Shown: positions 17,785 to 28,027, counted from the first letter of the stretch. The stretch is DNA of 36,919 nt from Pseudomonadota bacterium (GCA_027625355.1 JAQBWI010000001.1:1-36919); one strand, 5' to 3'. Translations and numbers: made by a program. The notes: generated by a model not told the origin, from the letters alone.

Positions 17785-18903
17785 ATGATTATTATTTTAA
17801 CTCAATGCTTTCCTCCTAAAATTGGAGGTATAGAAAATCTTATAGAAAATCTCTCAATTGAATTAAGCAAAACTCATGAAGTTTTGGTTCTTGCCGATCG
17901 GCATGATAAAAAAAATGATATTTATTATGATTTAAAATACGAAAAAAATATACGCATAAAAAGAATTAGTGGAATAAAATTTTTTAGAAAAAGAAAAAAA
18001 TTATCAGAATTAAAGAAACTAATATCTTCAAATAAAATTTCTCATGTTATTGGTGATAGTTGGAAAAGTTTTGAGTTAACAATAGATACTTTAAATTCAT
18101 CATCTATACCTACTGTTTGTCTTGCTCATGGAAACGAACTAATTATTAACAATTCTTCAAAAAAATTTCGTGTTATTTCAACATTAAATAAAGTTACGCA
18201 GATTGTTACCAATTCAAATTTTACATTAAATCTCGTTAAAGATGTTGGTATCACCAATCAAAACATAACTTGTATTTATCCAGGTGCTCTAAATACTATT
18301 CACCTAAATGAAGAAATCATTTTAAACATAAATGGTCAGCCAGTGATTGCAACTTTAGCCAGATTAGAAAAAAGAAAAGGACATGCTTATATATTGTCAG
18401 TAATTGCAAAGTTAAAATTAGAATATCCAAACATATTGTATATAATCGCTGGATCAGGAGTTGAGTTTGAAAATTTAAAAAAAATAACTTTGGAACTAGA
18501 TATTATCAAAAATGTAATTTTTCTAGGTGATATTAATGAAAACCAAAAAAAATATCTTTTCAAAAATATCAATCTTATGGTTATGCCTACACTTGATGAG
18601 TCAAAGAAAAATTCCATTGAAGGTTTTGGAATTGCTTATTTAGAAGCTGCATATTATGGTATTCCATCCATTGCTTCGAATGTTGGTGGTACTCCAGAAG
18701 CGGTCATTCATAATGAGACTGGAATTATTATTTCTGATATGTCTGAACTTTATAATTCTTTAAAAGATCTTCTTTCTAATAAGTTAAAATTAAATGAACT
18801 AGGAAAAAAAGCAAAATTACGAGCAGAAAATGAATTTACTTGGGAAGTTATTGGAAATAAGTATCTTCAGTTAATAAAAAATTTAGATAATCAAAAAAAA
18901 TGA
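17785..18903 (+). CDS. Glycosyltransferase family 4 (GT-B fold, group 1)
   Basis: C-terminal E-x7-E region GFGIAYLEAAYYGIPSIASNVGGTPEAV, an N-terminal MIIILTQCFPPKIGGIE start typical of GT4, and a length of 372 aa. Acceptor and donor are unknown. Confidence 0.8.
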   Translation: MIIILTQCFPPKIGGIENLIENLSIELSKTHEVLVLADRHDKKNDIYYDLKYEKNIRIKRISGIKFFRKRKKLSELKKLISSNKISHVIGDSWKSFELTIDTLNSSSIPTVCLAHGNELIINNSSKKFRVISTLNKVTQIVTNSNFTLNLVKDVGITNQNITCIYPGALNTIHLNEEIILNINGQPVIATLARLEKRKGHAYILSVIAKLKLEYPNILYIIAGSGVEFENLKKITLELDIIKNVIFLGDINENQKKYLFKNINLMVMPTLDESKKNSIEGFGIAYLEAAYYGIPSIASNVGGTPEAVIHNETGIIISDMSELYNSLKDLLSNKLKLNELGKKAKLRAENEFTWEVIGNKYLQLIKNLDNQKK

Positions 18904-19829
18904 ATATTTTTTTCTATGCAACATATTCTAATCAAGAAGAATTTTTTCATACTTTAAAAAAGAAATTTAAACACGATAAAGTTTTTACAATCAACGATGA
19001 TGTTGATTTAACTAAAATAGATGTAGCTATGGTTTGGAACCTTCCAAGTAATATTTTTACAAAAATGATAAACTTGAAAGCAATATTTTCTATTGGGGCA
19101 GGAGTTGATCACATACTTAAATTACCAAATATAGGAAACCTTCCTATTATTAGGGTAAAGGATCCTACAATGAGAGTAAGAATGTATAATCATGTACTCT
19201 CTCAAATACTTATATTTCAATTAAAATTAAAAACTTATGATGAAGCACAAAGAAAAAAAATTTGGATGAATGAAAGATATACACCTTTAAATAAGGAATT
19301 AACTATTGGGATAATGGGGATTGGTTATATTGGTAATTTTGTTGCGCTTAAAATTAAAAAACTTGGCTACAATGTAATTGGTTTTAAAAGAAATATGACA
19401 ACAAACAATAAGCTATTTGAAATATATAATAAAAAAACAATAAATAAATTTATACAAAGAAGTGATATAATTGTTTCAATTTTACCAGATACTAAAAATA
19501 CTAAAAATTTTGTAAATTCTAATTTTTTAAAAAAAATGAAAAAGTCGTCATTACTAATAAATATAGGCAGAGGGCCTGCTGTTAATGAGAAGGATTTGAT
19601 AAAACATATTAAAAGTAATCCAAGCTTTTTTGCATCTTTAGATGTTTTTAATAGAGAACCTTTGATTAAAAAACATAAATTTTGGTCTAATAAAAATATA
19701 ACTATTACCCCACATGTGGCTGCGATTACAGATCATGATTCGTCTATTAGCTATTTATACAAAAGATTTATAGATTTAAAAAAAAATAAAAAAATAAAAA
19801 GTGATGTAGATATAAAGTTAGGTTATTAA
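18900..19829 (+). CDS. ghrA: Glyoxylate/hydroxypyruvate reductase A-like D-2-hydroxyacid dehydrogenase
   Basis: NAD-binding GIMGIGYIGNFVA, plus NIGRGPAV, DVFNREPL and ITITPHVAAIT, with a ...LGY C-terminus. It appears collinear with E. coli GhrA (YcdW) as I recall that sequence (~312 aa vs 309 aa here). It shares an ATGA overlap with the GT4 gene. Confidence 0.75.
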   Translation: MNIFFYATYSNQEEFFHTLKKKFKHDKVFTINDDVDLTKIDVAMVWNLPSNIFTKMINLKAIFSIGAGVDHILKLPNIGNLPIIRVKDPTMRVRMYNHVLSQILIFQLKLKTYDEAQRKKIWMNERYTPLNKELTIGIMGIGYIGNFVALKIKKLGYNVIGFKRNMTTNNKLFEIYNKKTINKFIQRSDIIVSILPDTKNTKNFVNSNFLKKMKKSSLLINIGRGPAVNEKDLIKHIKSNPSFFASLDVFNREPLIKKHKFWSNKNITITPHVAAITDHDSSISYLYKRFIDLKKNKKIKSDVDIKLGY

Positions 19830-21007
19830 TTTTTAATAAAGTAGTTTTCTAATATCTTTAAATATATTTTTTCTAGCTCTTCCAGATCTTTTATATACAC
19901 AAATTCATCAATTTGATGGAGCGTTTGATTCCTAATTCCTAATTCAGTGGTCTCGCAATAGTTTTTTATAAAGCGAGCATCTGATGTCCCTCCATCTGTT
20001 GCAAGTTCAGGTTTTTCATTTCGTCCTGTAGAATCAGAAATTGATTTTGTTATTATATCTGTAAGCTCGCCTTCTTTATTAATAAACGATCTAGCGCTAA
20101 TTTCTTCCGTAAAATGACACGAAGCATTTTTTTCTTTAGAAAAAACCTCATCAATCTTTTTTCTTAGCCAATCAATTAATGACTCAGCAGTATGCTCATC
20201 ATTAAACCTAATATTAATTGTGGCTCTTGCAAATTCAGGGATAACATTATGCGCAGAATTACCAACATCGAATGTTGGAACTTGAATGGAAGATGGAAGA
20301 AAATATTGATTTCCATTATCAAGTGGTTCTGAAAGAATATTAGTTAAAAGTTTAGACAAATGATGCACTGGATTTTCTGCACGGTGACCATTAGCTGTAT
20401 GTCCTTGAATACCTTTTACTGTTAGAAAAAAATTAATAGATCCTCTTCGACCAATTTTAATTTTGTCCCCAATATTTTTATCAGATGTAGGTTCCCCAAC
20501 TATGCAGTGATCTATAGAAATATTTTGTTCTTTAGTCCACTCCATAATTTTTGGAGTACCGTTTATTGCCTGACCTTCTTCATCTCCGGTGATGATAAAA
20601 GAAATAATACCTCCAAAATCTTTGCTATATTTATCAATGAATTTATTTGTGGCTGACATAAAGCAAGCGATGTTACTTTTCATATCTTCTGTCCCTCTAC
20701 CATACAACTTGTCCCCTTCTATAGTTGCAGAGAAAGGGGGAAAACGCCAAGATTCTTCATTACCCGCTGGAACTACATCGGTATGTCCAGCAAAAGCTAA
20801 ATGACGACCTGATGAACCTATAGACGCAAAAAGATTTTTAACATCATATGAATTTGGATCACTAAATACTAACGGGGTACATTTAAAACCTAAGGAAGAT
20901 AAATGTTTTTCAACAATTTCAAGCGCTCCATCATCAACAGGAGTAACACTCTTACATTTTACAAGAGCTTGAGTGAGTTTAGTTGAATTAAATTCTATGC
21001 TGTTCAT
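19826..21007 (-). CDS. dapE: Succinyl-diaminopimelate desuccinylase
   Basis: M20 metallopeptidase motifs GHTDVVPAG, GRGTEDMKS and ITGDEEG. It is adjacent to dapD and is 393 aa. Confidence 0.9.
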   Translation of the reverse strand: MNSIEFNSTKLTQALVKCKSVTPVDDGALEIVEKHLSSLGFKCTPLVFSDPNSYDVKNLFASIGSSGRHLAFAGHTDVVPAGNEESWRFPPFSATIEGDKLYGRGTEDMKSNIACFMSATNKFIDKYSKDFGGIISFIITGDEEGQAINGTPKIMEWTKEQNISIDHCIVGEPTSDKNIGDKIKIGRRGSINFFLTVKGIQGHTANGHRAENPVHHLSKLLTNILSEPLDNGNQYFLPSSIQVPTFDVGNSAHNVIPEFARATINIRFNDEHTAESLIDWLRKKIDEVFSKEKNASCHFTEEISARSFINKEGELTDIITKSISDSTGRNEKPELATDGGTSDARFIKNYCETTELGIRNQTLHQIDEFVYIKDLEELEKIYLKILENYFIKN

Positions 21008-21837
21008 TAATCACGGAGTAAATCATTGATTGATGTTTTAGATCTTGTTCTTTCATCAACTCTTTTAACTATTACTGCACAATACAAAGATGGACCTACA
21101 GATCCATCAGGTAAAGGTTTGCCTGGTAATGTGCCAGGAACAATAACAGAATATGCAGGAACTTTGCCCATGTGAATTTCTCCAGAAGTTCTATCAATTA
21201 TTTTTGTTGAAGCTCCAATAAATACGCCCATAGACAATACAGATCCTTCACCAACTATGACTCCCTCAGCTACTTCACTCCGAGCGCCAATAAAACAATT
21301 ATCTTCAATGATAACTGGGTTTGCTTGCAATGGTTCCAGGACACCACCAATACCAGCTCCTCCTGAAATATGACAATTTTTTCCTATTTGTGCGCATGAA
21401 CCAACGGTTGCCCATGTGTCAATCATAGTACCTTCATCAACATACGCTCCCAGATTAACAAAAGAAGGCATTAAAATAACACCTTTAGCAATATAGGCAG
21501 ATTTACGAACAACAGCATCTGGAACATATCGAAAACCAGCTTTTTCATGATCTTCTTTTGACCAATTAGCTGTTTTGCTAGGAACTTTGTCATACCAAGT
21601 TGCATGTGCTGCTTTAATTATTTCATTATCATTTAATCGAAAACTTAATAAGATAGCTTTTTTAATCCATTGATTAACGATCCAATTAGTATCATTTTTT
21701 TCACAAACTCTTATTAATCCAGCATCAAGTTGACTTAATGTTTCATCTACACTGTCTCTTATTTCTCCCTTTGTCTGCACGTTTATTTGATCTCTATTCT
21801 CAAATGCATCTTCAATAATTTTTTTTAATTCACTCAT
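21007..21837 (-). CDS. dapD: 2,3,4,5-tetrahydropyridine-2,6-dicarboxylate N-succinyltransferase
   Basis: A 276-aa long-form DapD with left-handed beta-helix hexapeptide repeats ([40 protein letters not shown]...). Confidence 0.9.
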   Translation of the reverse strand: MSELKKIIEDAFENRDQINVQTKGEIRDSVDETLSQLDAGLIRVCEKNDTNWIVNQWIKKAILLSFRLNDNEIIKAAHATWYDKVPSKTANWSKEDHEKAGFRYVPDAVVRKSAYIAKGVILMPSFVNLGAYVDEGTMIDTWATVGSCAQIGKNCHISGGAGIGGVLEPLQANPVIIEDNCFIGARSEVAEGVIVGEGSVLSMGVFIGASTKIIDRTSGEIHMGKVPAYSVIVPGTLPGKPLPDGSVGPSLYCAVIVKRVDERTRSKTSINDLLRD

Positions 21838-22511
21838 ACATTTCCTTTGTTAACATTCTCTAAAAAATCTGCAATGTTTGTTGTTTCATGATCTAAAAAT
21901 TGCTTTGACGATTGGATATCATCACTGAAATTTTCGTAACCAGCATCAATCCACACAGAAGTAATACCAACTTTTTTGGCAGGAACTAAATTTTTCGCAA
22001 TATCATCAAACATCGCCGTACTTTCAGTTTGAATATTAAATTGTTTAATAAGTTGTTCATAAGGAGCTAACTCTGGCTTAGGAATATAGTTTGCCATTTT
22101 AATATCATATATTTCATCAAAGAAATTTGACAGTTCAATACGCTCTAAAACATCAATAGCATGCTGCATGTTTGCATTTGTGTAAATAATTTTTCTACCC
22201 TCAAGTTTTTTGAGTTCAATATTAAGTTTATGATTTGGTCCAACTATAGAATAATCCAATCGATGTACTTCTGCTAAAAAATGATCAGGATCTACCCCAT
22301 GATTATCCATCATCCCTTTAAGGGTTGTTCCGTGTTGCTTATAATAATTCTTTTGAATTTTATTTGCTTCTTGAAAATTAATATTTAAGTGATTTGAGAC
22401 AAATTTGCCCATTAAGTCATGCACTTGTTGAAAAATACCACTATCAGCGGAATATAAGGTATTATCAAGATCAAAAATCCAGGTTTTTATTTGTTTATTT
22501 AATGTTTCCAT
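21834..22511 (-). CDS. HAD-superfamily hydrolase, pyrimidine 5'-nucleotidase-like (subfamily IA)
   Basis: HAD motif I in [10 protein letters not shown], a cap domain, and a late FDD motif. It is 225 aa and sits between dapD and argB. Confidence 0.7.
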   Translation of the reverse strand: METLNKQIKTWIFDLDNTLYSADSGIFQQVHDLMGKFVSNHLNINFQEANKIQKNYYKQHGTTLKGMMDNHGVDPDHFLAEVHRLDYSIVGPNHKLNIELKKLEGRKIIYTNANMQHAIDVLERIELSNFFDEIYDIKMANYIPKPELAPYEQLIKQFNIQTESTAMFDDIAKNLVPAKKVGITSVWIDAGYENFSDDIQSSKQFLDHETTNIADFLENVNKGNV

Positions 22512-22514
22512 AAT

Positions 22515-23426
22515 TTAAGAATATATTTGTGTTCCAATACCATGCTCCGTAAATAATTCTAGAACTACAGAGTGTGGAATTCTTCCATCCAATATAGTTG
22601 TTTTATTCACACCTTTTTTCATTGCTTCAACACACGTTAGAATTTTTGGTTTCATACCCCCAACAATAAAATCTTCATCAATTATTTTAGAGGCATCGTC
22701 AAGAGTTAACGATGAAATTAACTTCTTATCTTGATCTAATATACCAGGAACATCTGTTAGCAATAATAGTTTACTTGCTTCAAGCTCACCTGCAATAAAA
22801 CCCGCAGCAGTATCAGCGTTTATATTATAGGAATTACCATCATCATCTATACCTAAAGGTGCAATAACTGGAATGTTCCCATCCCTAATATGTTTTTGAA
22901 TAAATTTAGTATTTACTTTTGTTGGCTGTCCAACAAAACCAATATCTACAATTTTTTCAATATTTGAGTCTGAATCTTTAACTCCTATTTTTAATTTTGA
23001 TGCGCTTATTAAGGTGTTTTTATTGCCACTTAGTCCAATTGCTTTTCCACCTGATTCATTAATAGATTTAACTATTTCAGCATTGATTTCATTTGCTAAT
23101 ACATCTTCTACTACCTTTACCGTATCTTTGTCTGTAACTCTTAACCCTTCAATAAACTTTGAATCAATATTTTTATTTTTTAACTTTTCTGCAATTTGAG
23201 GACCCCCACCATGAACAACTACAGGGAAAATTCCTACCTCTTTCATCAGACCAATGTCTCTAGCAAAACTTTTTGCTAATTTAGGATCGCCCATTGCATG
23301 TCCACCATATTTAATCACTATAGTGTCACCACTATGCTCCCTAATAAAAGGTAAAGCTTCTACTAATGTAGACGCTTTATGAATAAAGTAAGCTTGATCA
23401 CTTTCTGATAAAAAATCAAATTTCAT
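22515..23426 (-). CDS. argB: Acetylglutamate kinase
   Basis: IVIKYGGHAM, VVVHGGGPQI and NINADTAAG. It is 303 aa. Confidence 0.92.
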   Translation of the reverse strand: MKFDFLSESDQAYFIHKASTLVEALPFIREHSGDTIVIKYGGHAMGDPKLAKSFARDIGLMKEVGIFPVVVHGGGPQIAEKLKNKNIDSKFIEGLRVTDKDTVKVVEDVLANEINAEIVKSINESGGKAIGLSGNKNTLISASKLKIGVKDSDSNIEKIVDIGFVGQPTKVNTKFIQKHIRDGNIPVIAPLGIDDDGNSYNINADTAAGFIAGELEASKLLLLTDVPGILDQDKKLISSLTLDDASKIIDEDFIVGGMKPKILTCVEAMKKGVNKTTILDGRIPHSVVLELFTEHGIGTQIYS

Positions 23427-24049
23427 TATTGTTTAGATAAAGTATAAATATCTTTTTGGATATCAATTATTCCCTCAAATTTTTTTGCGCTTGAAAAAAA
23501 AAATTGATTAAAATGATTATTATATGATTTCATCAAGCTTTGCATAGAATTTTCTAATTCTTCTAGGTATGATTTAGAACACTTATCAATTTTTGTGAAC
23601 ACAATTGAGAATTTACGATTAGACTCACTTAATAAATCAAACATTTCTATGTCACTATTTTTTAAACCTACCTTAGCGTCAATTAAAACATAGGCCTGAA
23701 TAAGCTTTTGCTGATTTTCAATATATTCGTGAATTAAAGTTTCTAGATTATCCCTCATTACTTTTGAGACTTTTGCATATCCATATCCTGGTAGATCAAC
23801 TAGATTTATTTTATTATTAATTAAAAAGATATTAATAGACTGAGTTCTTCCGGGTGTTTTACTGGTCTTAGCAAGATTTTTTTTTCTTGTTATAGAATTA
23901 ATGATGCTTGATTTTCCAACATTTGATCTACCAATAAAGCAACAATCATTTGCGTTTATTAAATTTTTAACATCTCTATAAGATTGAAATGATCCAATAA
24001 ATTCATTATTTTTAAAAAAATTGTTTAAGGATTTATTTCCATTACTCAT
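23426..24049 (-). CDS. engB: Ribosome-biogenesis GTPase YihA/EngB
   Basis: G1 GRSNVGKSSIIN, G3 DLPGYGYA and G4 TKIDK. I chose the ATG at 24049 (MSNGNK...). The track start at 24091 is a TTG lying deeper inside yidC. Confidence 0.85.
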   Translation of the reverse strand: MSNGNKSLNNFFKNNEFIGSFQSYRDVKNLINANDCCFIGRSNVGKSSIINSITRKKNLAKTSKTPGRTQSINIFLINNKINLVDLPGYGYAKVSKVMRDNLETLIHEYIENQQKLIQAYVLIDAKVGLKNSDIEMFDLLSESNRKFSIVFTKIDKCSKSYLEELENSMQSLMKSYNNHFNQFFFSSAKKFEGIIDIQKDIYTLSKQ

Positions 24050-25769
24050 TTTTAGCGAGTATCTTTCTTTGAATGAACCACTGTTGAACAATAGAAAGAA
24101 TATTATTAACTGACCAATACAGCACTAGACCTGCTGCAAATCCTGCTAGTACAAATGTAAAAACAAATGGAAGTAAAGCAAATATTTTAGCTTGAGTCGG
24201 ATCGGCTGGTGCTGGATTTAATTTTTGTTGAAGCCACATAGTAAGGCCCATTAAAATTGGAAGTATGCCAATATTTATAATTGATAAGAATCCTGGCACA
24301 TCCCAAGAGATTAAACCGAAGACAGTTAAAATTCCTAAAGGGTCAGGAGCCGATAAATCATGAATCCAACCATAAAATGGTGCATGGTACATTTCAATAG
24401 TAACGAAAAGCACTTTATACAGTGAGAAGAATATAGGTATTTGAACTAATATAGGCAAACATCCTGCAACAGGGTTAGCACCTTCCCTTTTATATAATGC
24501 CATCAGTTCTTGTTGCATTTTTTGTCGATCATTAGGATAGGTTTCCTTCAATCGTTGCATGTCAGGTTGAAGTTTTTTCATTTTTGCCATTGATTTGAAT
24601 GATGCATGTGCCAATGGAAAAAGAATTAGTCGCATTAATATAGTAAAGGCAATTATTGCTAGACCGAAATTACCTGCATATCCATAGAACCAATTAATTG
24701 CATATGAAACAGGTTTAGTTAAAAAAGCAAACCATCCCCAATCAATTGCATCTGTAAAACGTGGTATAGATAACTTATCCAGATAATCACTTAAGATATC
24801 AAGTTTTTTTGCACCAGCAAATACTTTGCCCTCATAACTAATTGTTTCACCAGGGGATATATTAAATATTTGCCCAACATAACCGGTTCTATAACTGTCT
24901 CTTCCATTATTACCATGACGATAGTTAACATTTATTGGCTCGTTAGGATCAGGGATTAAGACTGACATCCAATATTTATCTGTGAAGCCTAACCAGCCTC
25001 CTTGCCCTTTTGCATCGCAAAAGGTATCTTTAACAGGCATACTGGCAGAACAGTCATCTAGTAAATCATCATAATTTTTTTCTAGCAGTTCATCATTAAC
25101 AAGACTTATTAAACCTTCATGCAAAATAAAAAAATTAATTGTTTTGGGTGTGTTTATTCTTTTTATTAATCTGTAGGGGTAAATTTCTAATTTTGATGAA
25201 CTGTTATTAATTACCTCTTGAGTAACTGAAAACATATAATTTTCATCAATTGAAAAATTAATAATAAATGTATTATTATCATCACTTGTCCAGCTTAGTT
25301 TTACTGAATTGCCTGGTGTTAAATTTGAAGAGTTTGATTCCCAAATAGTATCTAAATTTGGTAATAGTGCTTGTTGATTGTTTAATGCTTTCCAACCAAA
25401 CTCGATATAATAAGGATTTGATGTTCCATCAGGTGATAATAAATCAATATTGTCTGAGTTATCATCCAAGCTGACTTTATAATTCGATAAAGTTAAATCA
25501 TCTAATATTGCGCCTTGTAAATTTATTGATCCAGTTAAAGAAGGTGTTTGAATTGTTACTCTTTCATTAATTGCAAGAACATCTTCTTTTGGTTTAATGA
25601 TTTCTATAGTGTTTTGTTTGGGTTCATCAATTGATGTAGCCGGAGCTAAAACTTCATTTTCTGCACTTTGGATTGGCTCAGATATAGGTGTTGGAAAAAG
25701 AAGTTGAAAAAAAATAATTATGGCTATCGAAATTGCAATTGCTAAAAACAAGTTTTTTTGTTCGTTCAT
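24042..25769 (-). CDS. yidC: Membrane protein insertase YidC
   Basis: A 575-aa protein with an N-terminal TM, a large periplasmic domain and a conserved C-terminal 5-TM core (PILVQIPIFFSLYKVL, PILMGLTMWLQQKLNP). It lies in the rpmH-rnpA-yidD-yidC order. Confidence 0.95.
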   Translation of the reverse strand: MNEQKNLFLAIAISIAIIIFFQLLFPTPISEPIQSAENEVLAPATSIDEPKQNTIEIIKPKEDVLAINERVTIQTPSLTGSINLQGAILDDLTLSNYKVSLDDNSDNIDLLSPDGTSNPYYIEFGWKALNNQQALLPNLDTIWESNSSNLTPGNSVKLSWTSDDNNTFIINFSIDENYMFSVTQEVINNSSSKLEIYPYRLIKRINTPKTINFFILHEGLISLVNDELLEKNYDDLLDDCSASMPVKDTFCDAKGQGGWLGFTDKYWMSVLIPDPNEPINVNYRHGNNGRDSYRTGYVGQIFNISPGETISYEGKVFAGAKKLDILSDYLDKLSIPRFTDAIDWGWFAFLTKPVSYAINWFYGYAGNFGLAIIAFTILMRLILFPLAHASFKSMAKMKKLQPDMQRLKETYPNDRQKMQQELMALYKREGANPVAGCLPILVQIPIFFSLYKVLFVTIEMYHAPFYGWIHDLSAPDPLGILTVFGLISWDVPGFLSIINIGILPILMGLTMWLQQKLNPAPADPTQAKIFALLPFVFTFVLAGFAAGLVLYWSVNNILSIVQQWFIQRKILAKNE

Positions 25770-25771
25770 AT

Positions 25772-26014
25772 TTATTTTTTTTCCATCTTAGTTGGTATAG
25801 GGTCATATCCATGGCTTCCCCATGGGTGACATTTTCCAATTCTTTTTATTGATAAAAAAATTCCTTTTATTAATCCATATTCTTTTAAGGACTCCATCGC
25901 ATACTCTGAGCAAGTAGGCATAAAACGACAATTTGAACCTAACATTGGAGAAATTATAAGCTGATATCCTCGAATAAATAATAAGAAAGGGAATATTATA
26001 ATTTTATTTAACAT
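25772..26014 (-). CDS. yidD: Membrane protein insertion efficiency factor YidD
   Basis: [11 protein letters not shown] and [11 protein letters not shown] motifs. It is 80 aa. Confidence 0.9.
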   Translation of the reverse strand: MLNKIIIFPFLLFIRGYQLIISPMLGSNCRFMPTCSEYAMESLKEYGLIKGIFLSIKRIGKCHPWGSHGYDPIPTKMEKK

Positions 26015-26336
26015 TAACTACCTTATCTAACTCCTCTAATAAATCTTTAAATTTGGTATTCAAAATTGAAGTTTTGGCTATTAACACATAATAAGTATTT
26101 CTTTTACATTTAATCAATATTTTTTTTGCCAATTCCCTCATAATTCTTTTTGCTTTATTTCTTTTCACTGCATTACCAATTTTTTTAGTTGCAGTATAGC
26201 CGATCCCTATTTTATTATCTAAATCTTGATTTATCAACTTTTGGACGTTGATGTTGTTGCTTCGAATAAACACACCATTATCTCTGATATGAACAAAAGT
26301 TGCTCTTTTTTTTATGGTAAATAATTCTGGGGCCAT
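26004..26336 (-). CDS. rnpA: Ribonuclease P protein component
   Basis: A 110-aa basic protein with the RNR-type motif [18 protein letters not shown]. It lies 9 nt downstream of rpmH. Confidence 0.9.
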   Translation of the reverse strand: MAPELFTIKKRATFVHIRDNGVFIRSNNINVQKLINQDLDNKIGIGYTATKKIGNAVKRNKAKRIMRELAKKILIKCKRNTYYVLIAKTSILNTKFKDLLEELDKVVNVK

Positions 26337-26345
26337 AAGGCCTAC

Positions 26346-26480
26346 TTAAGCGCTAAGTTGAGCTCTTCCTTTTGCACGACGACGGTTTATAATTTGCCTT
26401 CCAGCTTTAGTTGCCATTCTAGCTCTAAACCCGTGTCTACGTTTTCTTATAAGTTTACTTGGTTGATATGTTCTTTTCAT
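26346..26480 (-). CDS. rpmH: 50S ribosomal protein L34; not in the supplied ORF track
   Basis: My own translation of the minus strand is [44 protein letters not shown], 44 aa from ATG 26478-26480 to TAA 26346-26348. This is the highly conserved L34 sequence. Confidence 0.95.
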   Translation of the reverse strand: MKRTYQPSKLIRKRRHGFRARMATKAGRQIINRRRAKGRAQLSA

Positions 26481-26501
26481 AATAAATCTAATTTTTGAGC
26501 C

Positions 26502-26530
26502 CTATTACGAATTGATCGTATATAAGTCAA
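26502..26530 (-). promoter_or_regulatory. Putative sigma70-type promoter for rpmH-rnpA-yidD-yidC
   Basis: The minus strand reads TTGACT, a 17-nt spacer, then TAATAG, about 20 nt upstream of the rpmH ATG. A facing TTGAGC-N18-TATATA candidate for panC overlaps it on the plus strand. Hexamer matches arise easily by chance in DNA this AT-rich. Confidence 0.3.
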
Positions 26531-26548
26531 ATAGATACTCAAAAAAAT

Positions 26549-27382
26549 ATGAAAATAATCAAAAATATATCAGAAATCACTCAAATAGTGTCTGATTTAC
26601 AGAAAAATAAAAAACAAATTAACTTTATTCCAACTATGGGAAATATTCACGCTGGACATCTGTCATTACTAACTGAAGCTAAAAAATTTGATGGAATAAA
26701 TATTGTTAGTATTTTTGTTAACCCTGCTCAATTTAATGACGAAAATGATTTTACAAACTATCCCAAAACATTTGACACAGATGTCGACATATTAGCCAGG
26801 GCACACTGTGAAATCATTTTTGCGCCTTCCATAAAAGAAATATATCCAAGAGGTGTTAATTCAAAAAAAACAGTATTCAAATACAGAGATATACTTTGCG
26901 ATATATCGAGATCAGGACATTTTGATGGAGTAACAACCATTGTAAAAATTCTATTTGATTTAATAAAACCTTGTAGAGTTTTTTTTGGCGAAAAAGATTT
27001 TCAACAATTAAAAATAATTGAGCAACTAATTATTCAAAATAACTTAAAAATAAATTTAATTAAATGTCCTTCAATTCGAGATTTAAATGGTATGAGTTAC
27101 TCCTCGCGTTATTCTACTTTTAATCAAAACCAAAGACTACAATTTGATGAGTGTGCTAAAATTATAAATTCAAAATTAATAAATTTAAAAAAAAATTTGA
27201 ACCAAGAAATTTTACAAAGTATAGAAGACGAATTAAAAAGTACTGGAATATCAAATATTGATTACTGTGAAGTAAGAAGTGAAGAAAATTTGAATATTAG
27301 TAAGTTAAATGAAAAATCAAGATTGTTTATTGCTTTCTACTTAAGCAAAATTAGAGTGATTGATAACTTTATTTTATACTAG
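26549..27382 (+). CDS. panC: Pantoate--beta-alanine ligase
   Basis: HxGH motif in PTMGNIHAGHLSL, plus FGEKDFQQ. It is 277 aa. Confidence 0.9.
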   Translation: MKIIKNISEITQIVSDLQKNKKQINFIPTMGNIHAGHLSLLTEAKKFDGINIVSIFVNPAQFNDENDFTNYPKTFDTDVDILARAHCEIIFAPSIKEIYPRGVNSKKTVFKYRDILCDISRSGHFDGVTTIVKILFDLIKPCRVFFGEKDFQQLKIIEQLIIQNNLKINLIKCPSIRDLNGMSYSSRYSTFNQNQRLQFDECAKIINSKLINLKKNLNQEILQSIEDELKSTGISNIDYCEVRSEENLNISKLNEKSRLFIAFYLSKIRVIDNFILY

Positions 27383-27990
27383 GGTATGATCCATTGAAAA
27401 GATGGTATTTTTTTCTCTATAATAATCTTCAATCTTCTGTGTCCACTAGCAGCTAAATAGAGCCAATCAATTTGCTTAATTTGATTTTGAACAACTGTGA
27501 AATTTTTATAACCCTTTTCACTTTCTTCAAAAGTAGGCTCTTTTCCTCCAAGACTCTCATCAATCCCATCTTCTGGTAAGTTGGTAGGAGAGCTAGGAGC
27601 TTTCTCAGTTAAATAACATTTTCTACTAAACAATTTTGTTTTATCCCACATTTCTTCAGTAACTTTATTTTGATTATTAATTGTAGATATTGTTTTAATG
27701 CGCAATTGGATTTTTAATTTATGATCATAAAAAACAAATAAAGAATTATTGTTTTGTTGAAGGCTGAAAACCTTTGGGGACCTAAAATCAGTATGAAAAT
27801 TTAAAACCATATTTGGAGAGTCAAATTGACGTAAAACTACTACTCTTGACTCAATATTATTTTCATTATCTACATTGCAAAAAACAGGTGTATGAAAAGT
27901 ATGCTTTCTGTCTTTAACACCTCGAGTTAAATTTCTTTTGATATCCTCAAAAATTTCACTGGTATTTTCTTTTGAAAGCATCGACATCAT
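27379..27990 (-). CDS. Pyridoxamine 5'-phosphate oxidase-like FMN-binding family protein (PPOX class, function unknown)
   Basis: A 203-aa protein with a split-barrel pattern: RVVVLRQFD, LFVFYDHKLKIQLRI, and a C-terminal W..L.....H.R segment. This is a family-level call only. Alternative ATGs lie at codons 2 and 4. Confidence 0.55.
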   Translation of the reverse strand: MMSMLSKENTSEIFEDIKRNLTRGVKDRKHTFHTPVFCNVDNENNIESRVVVLRQFDSPNMVLNFHTDFRSPKVFSLQQNNNSLFVFYDHKLKIQLRIKTISTINNQNKVTEEMWDKTKLFSRKCYLTEKAPSSPTNLPEDGIDESLGGKEPTFEESEKGYKNFTVVQNQIKQIDWLYLAASGHRRLKIIIEKKIPSFQWIIP

Positions 27991-28027
27991 TCATATAATA
28001 TAAATTGTTTTAAAAAAATAGCTAGAT

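Noticed and set aside
24050-24091. A TTG-initiated 14-aa extension of engB reaching 50 nt into yidC.
   Set aside because: The ATG at 24049 gives a normal-length EngB (207 aa) with only an 8-nt overlap. The extension has no conserved features.
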